From Candidatus Poribacteria bacterium (lineage in GTDB: Bacteria > Poribacteria > WGA-4E > PCPOR2b): a stretch of 64,000 nt of DNA. This document shows positions 32,420-43,200 of this stretch, piece by piece (positions within the stretch are counted from its first letter, which is position 1; each line of letters opens with the position of its first letter). The DNA is taken from assembly GCA_965215015.1 (NCBI GenBank), contig OZ244042.1:3232001-3296000 (forward strand), written 5' to 3'. The notes beneath the pieces are model-generated. The model was not told the origin of the DNA and did no database searches. It was given only the letters and a program-made list of their open reading frames with translations. The translations under genes were made by a program, and so were the position numbers.

Positions 32420-33301
32420 CTAGTCCACTAATTGAAGCAACTCCTCAATTGTGGCTTTGAGATTTTCATCCCCGTTCCGTTTCGCAAGTTTTAAGGCAGC
32501 TCTGAGGTCATGCTTCCCCTCCCAAAGACGTTTCAGCCTTACCTTTGCAAAACCCCGGTTGAAGTAAGCCTCGGCATCATCGGGTTCGAGACGGATAGCC
32601 GTGTCATAATCGGTAATAGCGGCGGAATATTGTCCTAATTCTGCTTTTGCAGCTCCCCGACTGCAGTAAGCCTCGGCATAATCGGGCTTGAGGCGGATAG
32701 CCGTGTCATAATCGGTAATAGCGGCGGCATGTTGCCCTGATTCTGCTTTTGCATATCCCCGAAAGCAGTAGGCCTCGGTATAATCGGGTTTGAGGCGGAT
32801 AGCCGTGTCATAATCGGTAATAGCGGCGGCATGTTGCCCTAAGCTCTCCTTCGCATATCCCCGAAGGCAGTAGGCATCGGCGTAATCGGGTTTGAGACGG
32901 ATAGCTGTGTCATAATCGGCGATGGCGGCGGCATGTTGCCCTAAGAGCAACTTCGCATTTCCCCGAAAGTAGTAAGCCTCGGCATAATCGGGTTTGAGAT
33001 GGATTACGATGTTCATAATCAGTATTGCGATTTTCATAATCGGTGATAGGGGCGGCATGTTGCCCTAATTCCTCCTTCGCATATTCCCCCGACTAACGTA
33101 AGCATCGGCATAATCGGGTTCGAGACGGATAGCCGTGTCATAATCGGCGATGGCGGCGGCATATTGCCCTAATCCCTCCTTTGCGTTTCCCCGAAGGCAG
33201 TAGGCATTGGCATAATCAGGTTTGAAACGGATAACCTGCGTGTAGTCCGCAATCGCCCCCTGATAGTCCCCCAACCTTGCATCTCCCCTTCGTAAATTCA
33301 C
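32420..33301 (-). pseudogene. TPR array copy 3 (about 7 repeats), signal/protease part deleted, in-frame TAG
   Basis: ORFs 33065-33301 and 32420-33058 share one frame, separated by TAG at 33065-33067. Confidence 0.75.
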
Positions 33302-33581
33302 CTGTGTCTAAAAGATTATGTTTCTGTTTTGAATATTAATTTCGCAGCTCAGTTTGTAATGGCGTAATTCATTGAGCGTTTGGACGGGCGATAAATCGCC
33401 CTACTACAAACCTAAGAGCTTGCTGCGGTTGCCGAATTCATCGGGCGTTGGAAATGGTGTCCTGTGGCGATGAATCGCCGAACTACAAAGCTTTGAACGT
33501 TCAACACTATTTATTATCTTGAAAATCCTTCCATCCTGAGCATCCTGATTCTGACAATTCATACCACCCTCCCTGACACCA

Positions 33582-34604
33582 TCATTCATCCCGTTCGACA
33601 GCGACTTCCCGTTTCTCCTCCCAAGATTGCACAATCGCTTCCACAACGCGCAAGGCCTGAAGCCCATCCTTGCCCGTCGGCACCGGCGGACGATTGTTGA
33701 GAAGGTCATCGACAAACGCCTTGACGCGCCACGCAAAGGTGCCGTCAAAGGCGAGCTCCTCCATCCGAAAAATGGAGGGACGGTATTCCTCAACAACCGA
33801 ATCCTCTCGTCGCATCAGGGTGGCAGAACTGAGGACATTATCAACGACAATTTCCGCCTCCGATCCACAGATTTCGAGGCGTTCAATCGGGTGCGTGAAA
33901 TCACTGTCCCAGCTGGCAAGCAGCGAAGCGACGGCGTCGGTTTCATATCGCATGGAGAGTGCCATACTCGTCCAGCATGGGTGCTCATCGGGGTTCGCAT
34001 CTTTGATGCGTGGGTGTGCCATTTGCGAGCAGACCGCAACAATCTCACCGCCGAACCAGTGCAATAGATCGATGGCGTGGGTCTGCAGTTCGTACAGCAG
34101 ATAGTAGGGCCCCTTCCACGTTGAAACTGGTCCCCCCTGCGACAACTTCATGTCGATGTACGCAATCTGTCCACACGCGCCGCTATCAAACCATTCCCGC
34201 GCCTTCGCATATCCCGGCGCAAACCGGCGGTTGTAGTCAATAGCAAGGTGAACGCCTTTCTCCTTCGCTTTTACGACCATCTGCGCTGCTTCATTAATGT
34301 CAAGCGATAACGGCTTCTCGCACATAACATGCTTCCCCGCTTCCAGGCATTCGATGACTGGCTCAAAGTGCATATGGTCAGCCGTGACAACATCAATAGC
34401 GTCACACGCTTCGTTCGCCACCATTTCCTGAATTGACGGATACCAATTGGGAATGCCGAGTTCCTGTGCGCGGTTTTTCGCCTTTTCTTGATCAATATCA
34501 CAAACAGCAACGAGTTCTGCTTGGGGGTGTTCGAGGTATCCCAGTTGATGCCGCATTCCAATTCCGCCACACCCCACGGCTGCCACTTTCAATTTTTTTG
34601 ACAT
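33582..34604 (-). CDS. Gfo/Idh/MocA oxidoreductase
   Basis: VAAVGCGGIG, GKHVMCEKP, NRRF, THAID; start MSKK. Confidence 0.92.
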   Translation of the reverse strand: MSKKLKVAAVGCGGIGMRHQLGYLEHPQAELVAVCDIDQEKAKNRAQELGIPNWYPSIQEMVANEACDAIDVVTADHMHFEPVIECLEAGKHVMCEKPLSLDINEAAQMVVKAKEKGVHLAIDYNRRFAPGYAKAREWFDSGACGQIAYIDMKLSQGGPVSTWKGPYYLLYELQTHAIDLLHWFGGEIVAVCSQMAHPRIKDANPDEHPCWTSMALSMRYETDAVASLLASWDSDFTHPIERLEICGSEAEIVVDNVLSSATLMRREDSVVEEYRPSIFRMEELAFDGTFAWRVKAFVDDLLNNRPPVPTGKDGLQALRVVEAIVQSWEEKREVAVERDE

Positions 34605-34847
34605 TTTGCGTCCTTTCGATTGATCCATCCACAAAGAAACTTTCGTTTGAAATGTAAGGGTATAATAACATATCGCAAGTTTATATGATACAGGTTTCTG
34701 AGTCTCTTGATCTGCCCCAAGAATTATGCTATAATATTGACCAAGTTGGATTGCAAATATGCCGATTTTCCAATATGCCATACACAAATCCAATTCACAA
34801 AACTCGAAAAACTGTGTTCTACACTTCATCACAACCCCATTGAAATC

Positions 34848-37800
34848 ATGATAGCTACCCTGACCAAAGGACAAGTTCTCCTACCGATTGATCGTGAGGT
34901 CCGTACCCGCCTTGAGGCCGGTCGTGCGGATACCTTTCTGCATATCGTCCCGACTGACCATGCCCGTCTCAAGTGGCACCGCGAATATCTAAGGCAGGCC
35001 CCAAACCGAGCTATTGCGGACTTGCACATCTACACCCTCGACAACCTTGTCCGACGGTTTTTCTATAGTCGTCTGAATAGTAGGGGGCGTAGACACACCG
35101 GTGTGGGGATCCAAACAGTGTGGACACACAAAATCACGGAGCAGGAGCAGCTCCCATTTTTGAAACCGCAGCCTGAAACTCGCGTCCCCCACGGAACCAT
35201 AAGGCAGTTGAGAGAAACAGTAAACCAACTCAAGGCAAGTGGGGTAGATTGGCAGCAACTACAAGAAGATTCGATTCCAAACGATGTGGATGCCCCCAGT
35301 AAACTGACAGACCTAATCACCTTTTACAAAGCGTACGAGACACGCCTTGGCTCGCGATGGGTTGATCGCGCGGACATCCATCGCACCGTTTCCGAATACC
35401 TTACCCAGAGCCCAGAGCGCGCAGAAACGTTGATGAAGCAGGTTTTTCCAAACGTTGATTTGGTGGTTGTCAACGGTTTCGATGGATTATTCCCTTACGA
35501 TTTTGCAATTCTGACCGGCATCGCCAACTTGCCATCTATAGGCATGGGTATTGTCTTTGACTTCGATGAACAGAACGAATCCCTCTTTGGGCATGTCAAA
35601 GCGAACTATGATCGATTCCTGAGTTGTGGCTTTGAGGGACATAGGGAGGGGAGAGAAACCCCTGCCTCCGCCCTCAATCGGCACCTCGCCCAAAATCTGT
35701 TCCGCACAGATCGGGGAAGGGGTTCTTCCATTGACAAACTAGCACTTACGGACCAGATCTCCCTGTTGTATCCCCTAAGCCGTGTCCAAGAGGTAGAGGA
35801 AATTGCTACGTTGATTAAACGACTTGTATTGAGCCAGCCCTCACTATCACTGGATCAGATATGCGTCACGTTTTACAAGCTTGACGCTTATGCACCGCTC
35901 ATCCGTGAGATCTTTCCGCTCTACGGCATTCCCTACACCCTGGAATGGAATGAAAGGCTTGAAAATTCTATGGTCGTTGTGTCGATTTTTTCCTTATTAG
36001 AGCGAATTCAAGGGAATGCATCCCCCCGAACTCGAAAGAAGGTTTCACAGAGCTCCTACTTTCAGAGCGATGATTTGGACTCGGTGATTGACGGTTGCGG
36101 CTTAAACGCAGAACTGTCGCCGGACGCTTTTCGAGAAACCTTTGATCGGTTGATGGAAAGCCTAAAAGTCCGTCAGCAGATTCTGAAGGGTAGTTGGGAA
36201 TTCAAAACGCGGTTCGCCTCGCCCCAGATGAACGCCTATCGTCAGTTCCTCAGACTCATTGACGAGTTGGTTGAGTTCCTGATAATGGAGTCTGGAGCTG
36301 AGTCATGTCATTCGCTTGGCAGCTATATCAGTTGGCTCAGATTGATGACTTCAGAATCCACTTATCAGTGGGGAAATTCAAACGATAATGGGGTTCGTAT
36401 CCTGCCGCTCAGCCAAACGAACGATTTATCCTTTGATACTGTCATCTTGGGTGGTTTGGTTGATGGCGAATTTCCCTCAATTTTTCGCTCTGATACTTTT
36501 CTGCCTTCCAAGCGAAGAGGTACGGAATCAGATCGGCTGCGCGAGGACCGTTTTCTTTTTTATCAAGCCCTCACGCTCTATCGAAAGCGGCTGTATCTGC
36601 TGAGTCCACAGCATGATGGTGAAATTGAGTTGGTGCCCTCTTCATTTATTGACGAACTGCAGCGCGCCGCTGAGATTAATACCTCCACGAAGGAAGACAA
36701 TACCCTTTTTAGTACGGAGAATTTCCTCAAAGATTATGGGGCATTTGTTTGGGAACATTCGGAATCGGAGCAAGTCGAGACACCCACTGTCCCTTCGACA
36801 ATGTTACCGACAGTTCGTTTGGTTGCACACAACGTCCGTGTGGAAAAGAGCCGTACTATCTCGCATGAACTTCCGCAGTATGAAGGACAGCTCCTTCCAA
36901 ATTTACTGTCTCCGGTAAGCCTTGACGCGCTCGAACGGCGGCGTGAAAAGATCTATTCGGTGAGCCAATTAGAGGCCTATGGCACGTGTCCATTCCAATA
37001 TTTCTCCAGGCGGGTATTGAGGCTCAAACCAACCGAAAAGGAGGAAACGGGCTTAACAAGCATGAAGAAAGGGAGCTTGGCGCACGAAATCTTGTTTGAG
37101 TTTTACAATCACCGTCGGGATGTCCCTCCAATTTCTGAATGTACGGATGAGGAGTTTGAGGAAGCGCGCAAAGAGCTACAGCAAATCGCACGACGCTATT
37201 TGGATGCGGAGGCGGCTCACCAGTCCAACAGGGCGGAAAAACTGTTTTGGGATATTGAGGTGGAAAGATTCATTGGTGGTCATGGTAGGACCGGTGTCTT
37301 GCCCGCATTCCTTGAGGCAGAGAGGGAACGAAATTTTGAGGTTCAACCCCATCATTTTGAAGTTGGGTTTGGGCCCAGTGATGGATTGGGCCCCACCGAT
37401 CCGTTCCTCGGCAGCGTGGAGGCGATAGCGGTTGGGGAGGTCCTCTTATCAGGAAAAATAGACAGAGTTGAGTTGGGAAATGGGATGTTCGTTATCGGCG
37501 ACTACAAAACAGGCAGCAACACCCCCAAGTTGAACGATATCCTTGAGGGACGTAGCCTCCAATTGCCGCTCTATATCGCTGTCGTAGAACAGCTATTGAA
37601 GGGTCAATCAGCCGCGATTCAAGGTTTTGAGGAAGATCCTGAATCGGTTCAGGGGGTGGGAGGCGTTTACTATGTGCTGCAGGAGGAGAGCGGAACGGAA
37701 CTCGGTATTGGGGACAGAGATTACAACCAAAAAGCGTTTCAGGCTTCATCTCGGAGCGGTCAGCTATTACCCAATTCAAGGTATCAAATCGGGGATACAC

Positions 37801-37991
37801 AGGTTGATTCGGATCCCGATGCGATTGGGTCCATTGTCGGAGTAGCAGTCAGATATGCGAACCAGTACGTCCATTCAATTGCGGATGGGAATTTTCAACT
37901 GACTCCCCACGACAAGACAAAGGTCTGTCGGTACTGCTCGTTCAAACGAATCTGCCGTGTGGGGGTTATTGCAGAAGAGACGCGCCCTTGA
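34848..37991 (+). CDS. AddB/RexB-like protein: inactive helicase plus PD-(D/E)XK nuclease
   Basis: SVSQLEAYGTCPFQYF, GKIDRVE, GDYKTG, LQLPLY, CRYCSFKRIC (Fe-S cysteines). Confidence 0.85.
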   Translation: MIATLTKGQVLLPIDREVRTRLEAGRADTFLHIVPTDHARLKWHREYLRQAPNRAIADLHIYTLDNLVRRFFYSRLNSRGRRHTGVGIQTVWTHKITEQEQLPFLKPQPETRVPHGTIRQLRETVNQLKASGVDWQQLQEDSIPNDVDAPSKLTDLITFYKAYETRLGSRWVDRADIHRTVSEYLTQSPERAETLMKQVFPNVDLVVVNGFDGLFPYDFAILTGIANLPSIGMGIVFDFDEQNESLFGHVKANYDRFLSCGFEGHREGRETPASALNRHLAQNLFRTDRGRGSSIDKLALTDQISLLYPLSRVQEVEEIATLIKRLVLSQPSLSLDQICVTFYKLDAYAPLIREIFPLYGIPYTLEWNERLENSMVVVSIFSLLERIQGNASPRTRKKVSQSSYFQSDDLDSVIDGCGLNAELSPDAFRETFDRLMESLKVRQQILKGSWEFKTRFASPQMNAYRQFLRLIDELVEFLIMESGAESCHSLGSYISWLRLMTSESTYQWGNSNDNGVRILPLSQTNDLSFDTVILGGLVDGEFPSIFRSDTFLPSKRRGTESDRLREDRFLFYQALTLYRKRLYLLSPQHDGEIELVPSSFIDELQRAAEINTSTKEDNTLFSTENFLKDYGAFVWEHSESEQVETPTVPSTMLPTVRLVAHNVRVEKSRTISHELPQYEGQLLPNLLSPVSLDALERRREKIYSVSQLEAYGTCPFQYFSRRVLRLKPTEKEETGLTSMKKGSLAHEILFEFYNHRRDVPPISECTDEEFEEARKELQQIARRYLDAEAAHQSNRAEKLFWDIEVERFIGGHGRTGVLPAFLEAERERNFEVQPHHFEVGFGPSDGLGPTDPFLGSVEAIAVGEVLLSGKIDRVELGNGMFVIGDYKTGSNTPKLNDILEGRSLQLPLYIAVVEQLLKGQSAAIQGFEEDPESVQGVGGVYYVLQEESGTELGIGDRDYNQKAFQASSRSGQLLPNSRYQIGDTQVDSDPDAIGSIVGVAVRYANQYVHSIADGNFQLTPHDKTKVCRYCSFKRICRVGVIAEETRP

Positions 37992-38029
37992 TATATGTGT
38001 CACTTGATTAGGGCAATTGCATGTAAATT

Positions 38030-38207
38030 ATTATGTAGACCTTTATGGTATACGACAATCGAAATCGAATCGTAGCCACAGCGCATACTCTCAATCTTAT
38101 CGGGGCTTTCTAACCAGTGATCGTGCCGTAACCAATGCACCAACGCACGGATGAATACATTAGGAGGCGGCATATAGTAGTAGCATACTCCGTATGCCGT
38201 AACCCCT
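38030..38207. mobile_element. ~210-bp MITE-like element, copy 2 (right end missing)
   Basis: Colinear with 15143-15337. Confidence 0.7.
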
Positions 38208-38563
38208 CTGTGCCACGACGGGGGTTATCCCCAATTTCTGATGGGTCACTGGCCTAACTTTTATAAGGGGGGCAATGCGTCTAGTCTCTTGATCGCTATA
38301 GGTAGATAGAACAGCGACCGATATGCTATAATTATACTAGACATGATGCGTGAAACGTGAAATGTAATTGGATTGTTGCTAGTAGTAAGCCGATTGAGAG
38401 TTGTATGAACCTTTGGTGCGAGTTGGTGAGGAGGTCATTTCCGCATCGTTCAAGTGTTCATTCTGTCAATCTGCGCGAATTTTTTTATTCGTAGAGATTC
38501 GTGAAGTGAACCGACTTACGTTTCATGTTGCACTAGTTATCAGATAAGGAGCAAAATCATCTT

Positions 38564-39721
38564 ATGTATGTTGAAGGACTTTTATCTTCGTTGACCCGTG
38601 TGCAACAAGCGCGCTCTCTACGTGCCTCTTCGTGGGACACAACTGGAAGAAATAACGATGCTTGGAATATTGAACCTAACGAGACGCGCGTCCTCGCTGA
38701 TATAAAGGGACCCGGTTGCATCAACCACATCTGGATGACACAACGCGACGGCTATCGGAATGTTCTCCTACAAGTTTTTTGGGACGATGAAGAACACCCC
38801 AGCGTCCTCTGCCCTCTTGGAGACTTCTTTGGATTGGGCAACGAAATTGTCAATTCCTACGACTCACTGTTGTTCTCCGCATCAACCGCCGGAAACAATC
38901 AGTTCAACACGGGTTGTGCGCTGAATTGTTATATACAAATGCCATTTAACAGGGCCGCACGGATCGAGCTTGTCAACGAAGGCAATGAAATCCACCGTCA
39001 ATACTTCTACATCGACTATGAACTCTATGAGCACCCTCTTGACGATGATGTAGCTTACTTCCACGCCCAGTTTCGTCGGGAAAATCCGTGCGATGGCTGG
39101 GGACACGAGATTCGGGTCAATACGCCGGAAGCGAACATTATCAACGCAGAAAGGCTGGCTTGGGACAATAACTACCTCATCCTCGAAGCAGAAGGACGCG
39201 GCCATTACATCGGTTGTAATCTTTCCATCACCAATTTCCAAGGCACATGGTGGGGCGAAGGGGATGATATGATTTGGGTTGACGGTTATAAATGGCCCCC
39301 CGATCTCCACGGCACGGGTTCGGAGGATTATCTCAACCAGGCGTGGGGTATGCAGCCCAACGCATTTCGGCACAACGGCTCATCAATTTATGAGCGAGAC
39401 ACCGAAGGTTATCAAACCTCGTATGTATTTCATCTCGAAAATCCGGTTCGGTTTGAGAAGGAAATCCGCGCCACCATTGAGCATGGACATGGAAATCATC
39501 TCCGCAATGAAACCTCCTCAGTTGCCTACTGGTATCAACTTGAGCCGCATAAACCGTTCAGTATCCTACCGGTTCAGCAACGTAAGCCGGTGCTCAAAGC
39601 GGAAGATGGAGAGTGGCTCATCGATGAAGCGGCACAAATGCCGCAGTCGGCACCGGTGTTGAACGATGAAATGAAGGCCCTGAGGGCACAATGGGCGGAG
39701 AAACAGAAAACTGAAATGTAA
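38564..39721 (+). CDS. DUF2961 / GH172-like glycoside hydrolase
   Basis: GPGCINHIW, PLGDFFG, WWGEGDD, GTGSEDY, IEHGH, SSVAYWYQ. Confidence 0.9.
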   Translation: MYVEGLLSSLTRVQQARSLRASSWDTTGRNNDAWNIEPNETRVLADIKGPGCINHIWMTQRDGYRNVLLQVFWDDEEHPSVLCPLGDFFGLGNEIVNSYDSLLFSASTAGNNQFNTGCALNCYIQMPFNRAARIELVNEGNEIHRQYFYIDYELYEHPLDDDVAYFHAQFRRENPCDGWGHEIRVNTPEANIINAERLAWDNNYLILEAEGRGHYIGCNLSITNFQGTWWGEGDDMIWVDGYKWPPDLHGTGSEDYLNQAWGMQPNAFRHNGSSIYERDTEGYQTSYVFHLENPVRFEKEIRATIEHGHGNHLRNETSSVAYWYQLEPHKPFSILPVQQRKPVLKAEDGEWLIDEAAQMPQSAPVLNDEMKALRAQWAEKQKTEM

Positions 39722-39746
39722 CGTGATGTATGATTTTTAACTAATG

Positions 39747-40115
39747 TAGGGGTTACGCACTTGAGTTTGTACTAACGGGTTTATTGCGCGTCTTTGAGGG
39801 AGGCGGCACGCTCCGCGCGGCCCCTATCCCCCCGCAAGCGTGGGGATGGGGGGGTACGGCATACGGTGTATGCCGATTACTGTCGGATGAACTGTCGCCG
39901 CCCGATTCATCGGGTGTTGAGAGGCATCTTCGGCGGCGATGAATCGCCCAGGATACCATGACTCTAGCGCACTAGAATACCAGATACTATGGGGCGATAA
40001 TCCTGGCTCAATCGGCCCGGGACATTACGCTATAGTCCGGGTGTTTTCAACCAACGATGCACATTGCGCGCCCTTTTCTGGTGTTGGCGTTGAGGGCTCA
40101 ACTGCGTAAGTCCTA
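39747..40115. mobile_element. TA-bounded MITE with palindromic cargo
   Basis: TAGGGGTTACGCACTTGAG ... CTCAACTGCGTAAGTCCTA, a 19-bp imperfect inverted repeat. Confidence 0.75.
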
Positions 40116-40208
40116 TAATGAATAACCATTATTCGTGAGAGCTTACGGATTCAACGTCAACTGGGCTCATGTACTCATTCTATTCGCTACAATTTTGGGA
40201 GGAGTTGA

Positions 40209-43200
40209 ATGGTCACAACTTTTCAGGGACTCTTGGCATGGATGCTTATTCATGCCAGCGAAACAGAGGGGGATGAAGAAAATCCACCCGACGACACGAC
40301 GGAAGGAAACCTATCAGCAGCAGAAATACAAGAGCAATCGGTAAATCCCGAGCATGACGAGGTTGATGGTTCAGATTCAACGATTGCGCCAAGCGAAAAC
40401 CGACAAGGTAATGAAGAGATAACAGAAACAGATTCGCCTCTAGCTACAGCGGTGGTAACAGATGAAGAACCACATTCCAATGATATTACAGACAAAACTG
40501 TTACAGAGTCGGACGAGCCTTCATCCAAGAGCGCAGCAGAGGTAGCGACATCTTCTGATGATTTTGCGGTTGATGCCCCCACAGAGGAAACCGCCATAGT
40601 CGCAGCCACTGAAGCCGAAGCAGCGGAGGCAATTGCAACAGATTCGGATGAAGAAACAATCAACGAGGCTGAAGCACCCCTTACTTTTGGAGTCATTGAC
40701 GAGATGTACAATTTCATCAATGAATTTCAGCACAGTCAATCGAGTCATCCCGAACGGACTTCCGCTAGCACTCAGGACAGTGTGGGAGGTGTAAACAAGG
40801 CAGCACTCTTTGAACATCCCCCCGCCGAAGGTTATGCACAAATCCAGTATGAGGTAACACTGCCGCAGGTGGAATCCAACGAAAATCTAATTTTACATTT
40901 CAGCATTGGCTTGAGGGATGGCGTTGATTTTGAGCTGCCACATACGAAACCTGATGGGGTACAGTTCGCCATTGAGATTTCGGATGAACGCCGTTTTGAA
41001 AATGTCTCCGAGGCTTGTCAATGGGATGAACACCTTATAGACCTCTCCGATTTTGCTGGGAGCACGGTTCAAGTTGCTTTTCTGACCAACTGCAATGGTG
41101 CCGGTAATACTGACTATGATTGGGCTTTGTGGGGAAATCCGCGTGTCTTAAAGCTGACCCGTACCCCACTGCCGATTGAGCAAGGCGAAAATGAGCCTAG
41201 ATTCAGACGTGGACTTGCCCTAGGACTTTTAGAGCGGGAACCCCCAGAACTCTCGGTTGCCGAATTCGATTTGAAGGCCTCTACGCTGGCTTCCGAAGTT
41301 GCAGATGAACTGAGCCAACAGATACAAGCAAAAACAGAGGCCTCGGTTGTTGAGTTAGCGTTGTACGCAGAACAACCGAGCCTAGAGATTGTAACCGCAG
41401 GCCCGACTGCCGCCCTCGTTACCGCACGAGAGGATTTTGATCTGCAATGTACGGTTCGCAATAACGGATTGGTTCCACTTGAATCTATCCACCAAGCAAC
41501 TGTCGCCATCAATCGGATTAAGCTGCGACGCGGACGAGCTACACAGCCGCTGAAAAGGTTGAACCCCGGCGAAGAAACAACCTTTTCATGGAATATCCGC
41601 AGTTTTTCACGTGAGTCCGTGGCGCGGGCAGTTGTCACACTTCGGTGCCAAATGCCGACAGGTGAAATTCGCCAGACCGTTGAGCAGAATGTGCCACTTT
41701 TACCACCAATCCCTAGAATTTCTAATCAAACCGCTTCGGCTTTACGCACGTATGATCAGAACGGACACGTTATCACCGAAAATCGGCACCTACGCACACT
41801 TTTTGTCAGAGGCAATGGCGGATTTGAATACTGTTTGCTTTTCGCAGCGAAAAATGGGCGTTACCGACAGGCTGCAGCCTGCAATGCAATTTCAGAAATC
41901 CGCTATCATGACTCATCGGGAACCCCTCAACAGATCAAAATTACCCCGACTGTTTACCGCCTCGCAGGCAATAATCGTGGCGAATCAATTGTTTTACTGT
42001 CCTCAGAGGCGCGAGACGATGATGGTGTACTTTGGACTTATGAAGCGCGTTTTTCGTTGTCTGACGAATTCAAACGACTCGAAGTGGAATACAGCCTAAC
42101 TGCGGACCAAGAGCGGGAATTAATCGCTTTCAATGGCCCCATCCTTTACGCAGGCGATGGGGCGTTTGGCAAGCGCAAGACTGCCGCCCTGTTCCCCGGC
42201 TTGGAATTCTTAGAAGGTGATGAATTCTCGTCGAGCCCGCGAGATGTCGCTCCCCCGAACAATAATCGACTGGTCCCCCATCCCTATAAAATTACGGTTC
42301 CGTTGATGGCAGTCGAACATAAAGAAACGCTGATTGGTCTGGTGTGGGATGCGTTGAAAACGTGGGATGGCGAGCACAACATGCTATCGGCGGCTTTTGC
42401 CTCCCCGAATTGGCACAACCATCAAAAGAACCACCTGATGGGTCTGTTTGTGCCTACCGTCCCCGATTGGGTTACAGAGAATCACTTGGCAGCTTCGACA
42501 CCATATCCCCTGAAAGCGAACCGCCCAATAACGATTAAAGCACAGATTATTATCGATGGAAACGCTTCCATTCTGGATGCAATTTCCCACTGGACAGATG
42601 CTTACGGTGTGCCCGAACCACTGAACGCACCGCGCAGCGATAAAGAGGAGATTCTGCTGTCGCGGCACGGCCTCATGCAGACCGTATGGGATGAAGATAC
42701 GGGAAAATCGCAGCACTGTGTTGACTGGGCACCGGGGAATGCTCCCGGTTTCGCAACGCTGCTATGGTATGATTACCTTATCCAAACGCAAAACGATGCC
42801 ATAAAAGATGAATCAGTGAGGCAGCGTGCGCTTGAAATCGTCAAACGCACAGTCCAAGAGGCTGGACCGGGGGGGCCTGAGTTCGACAGATCTTTGCCAC
42901 ATTTTGAAGTGGGAAGCCCCCTTCTACTTTGGGGAAGTTGAAGCAGGATTCCATCGCCTCAAAGAAATTGTGAGACGATGGATCGAGACGCAGGAGGAGG
43001 ATGGCAGTTGGCGTTTTTATCCAATTACCGATCGAGCGAAGACGTTAGGAAATGAAGGAGACGCTGTTTTAGGGACCTGTGCACCCATCGCCCAGATGCT
43101 CCTCAAGCATGCTCGTGTGACGGGTGATTCAGAATCGTTGGAGGCTGGTCTGAAGGGGCTAACGTTCATGGAGAACTTCAAAGTTCCACGCGGTGCCCAA

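Noticed and set aside
33065-33067. Amber recoding in TPR copy 3
   Set aside because: The TAG lies in a short frameshifted stretch that is not TPR-like, and TAG is a normal stop elsewhere (hslU, eno, holB).
26938-33301. Complete diversity-generating retroelement
   Set aside because: No reverse transcriptase or non-coding template repeat in the window.
34605-34874. Long overlapping N-termini of the oxidoreductase and addB ORFs
   Set aside because: Artefact of calling the longest ORF. Better starts at 34604 and 34848 leave an AT-rich divergent promoter region.
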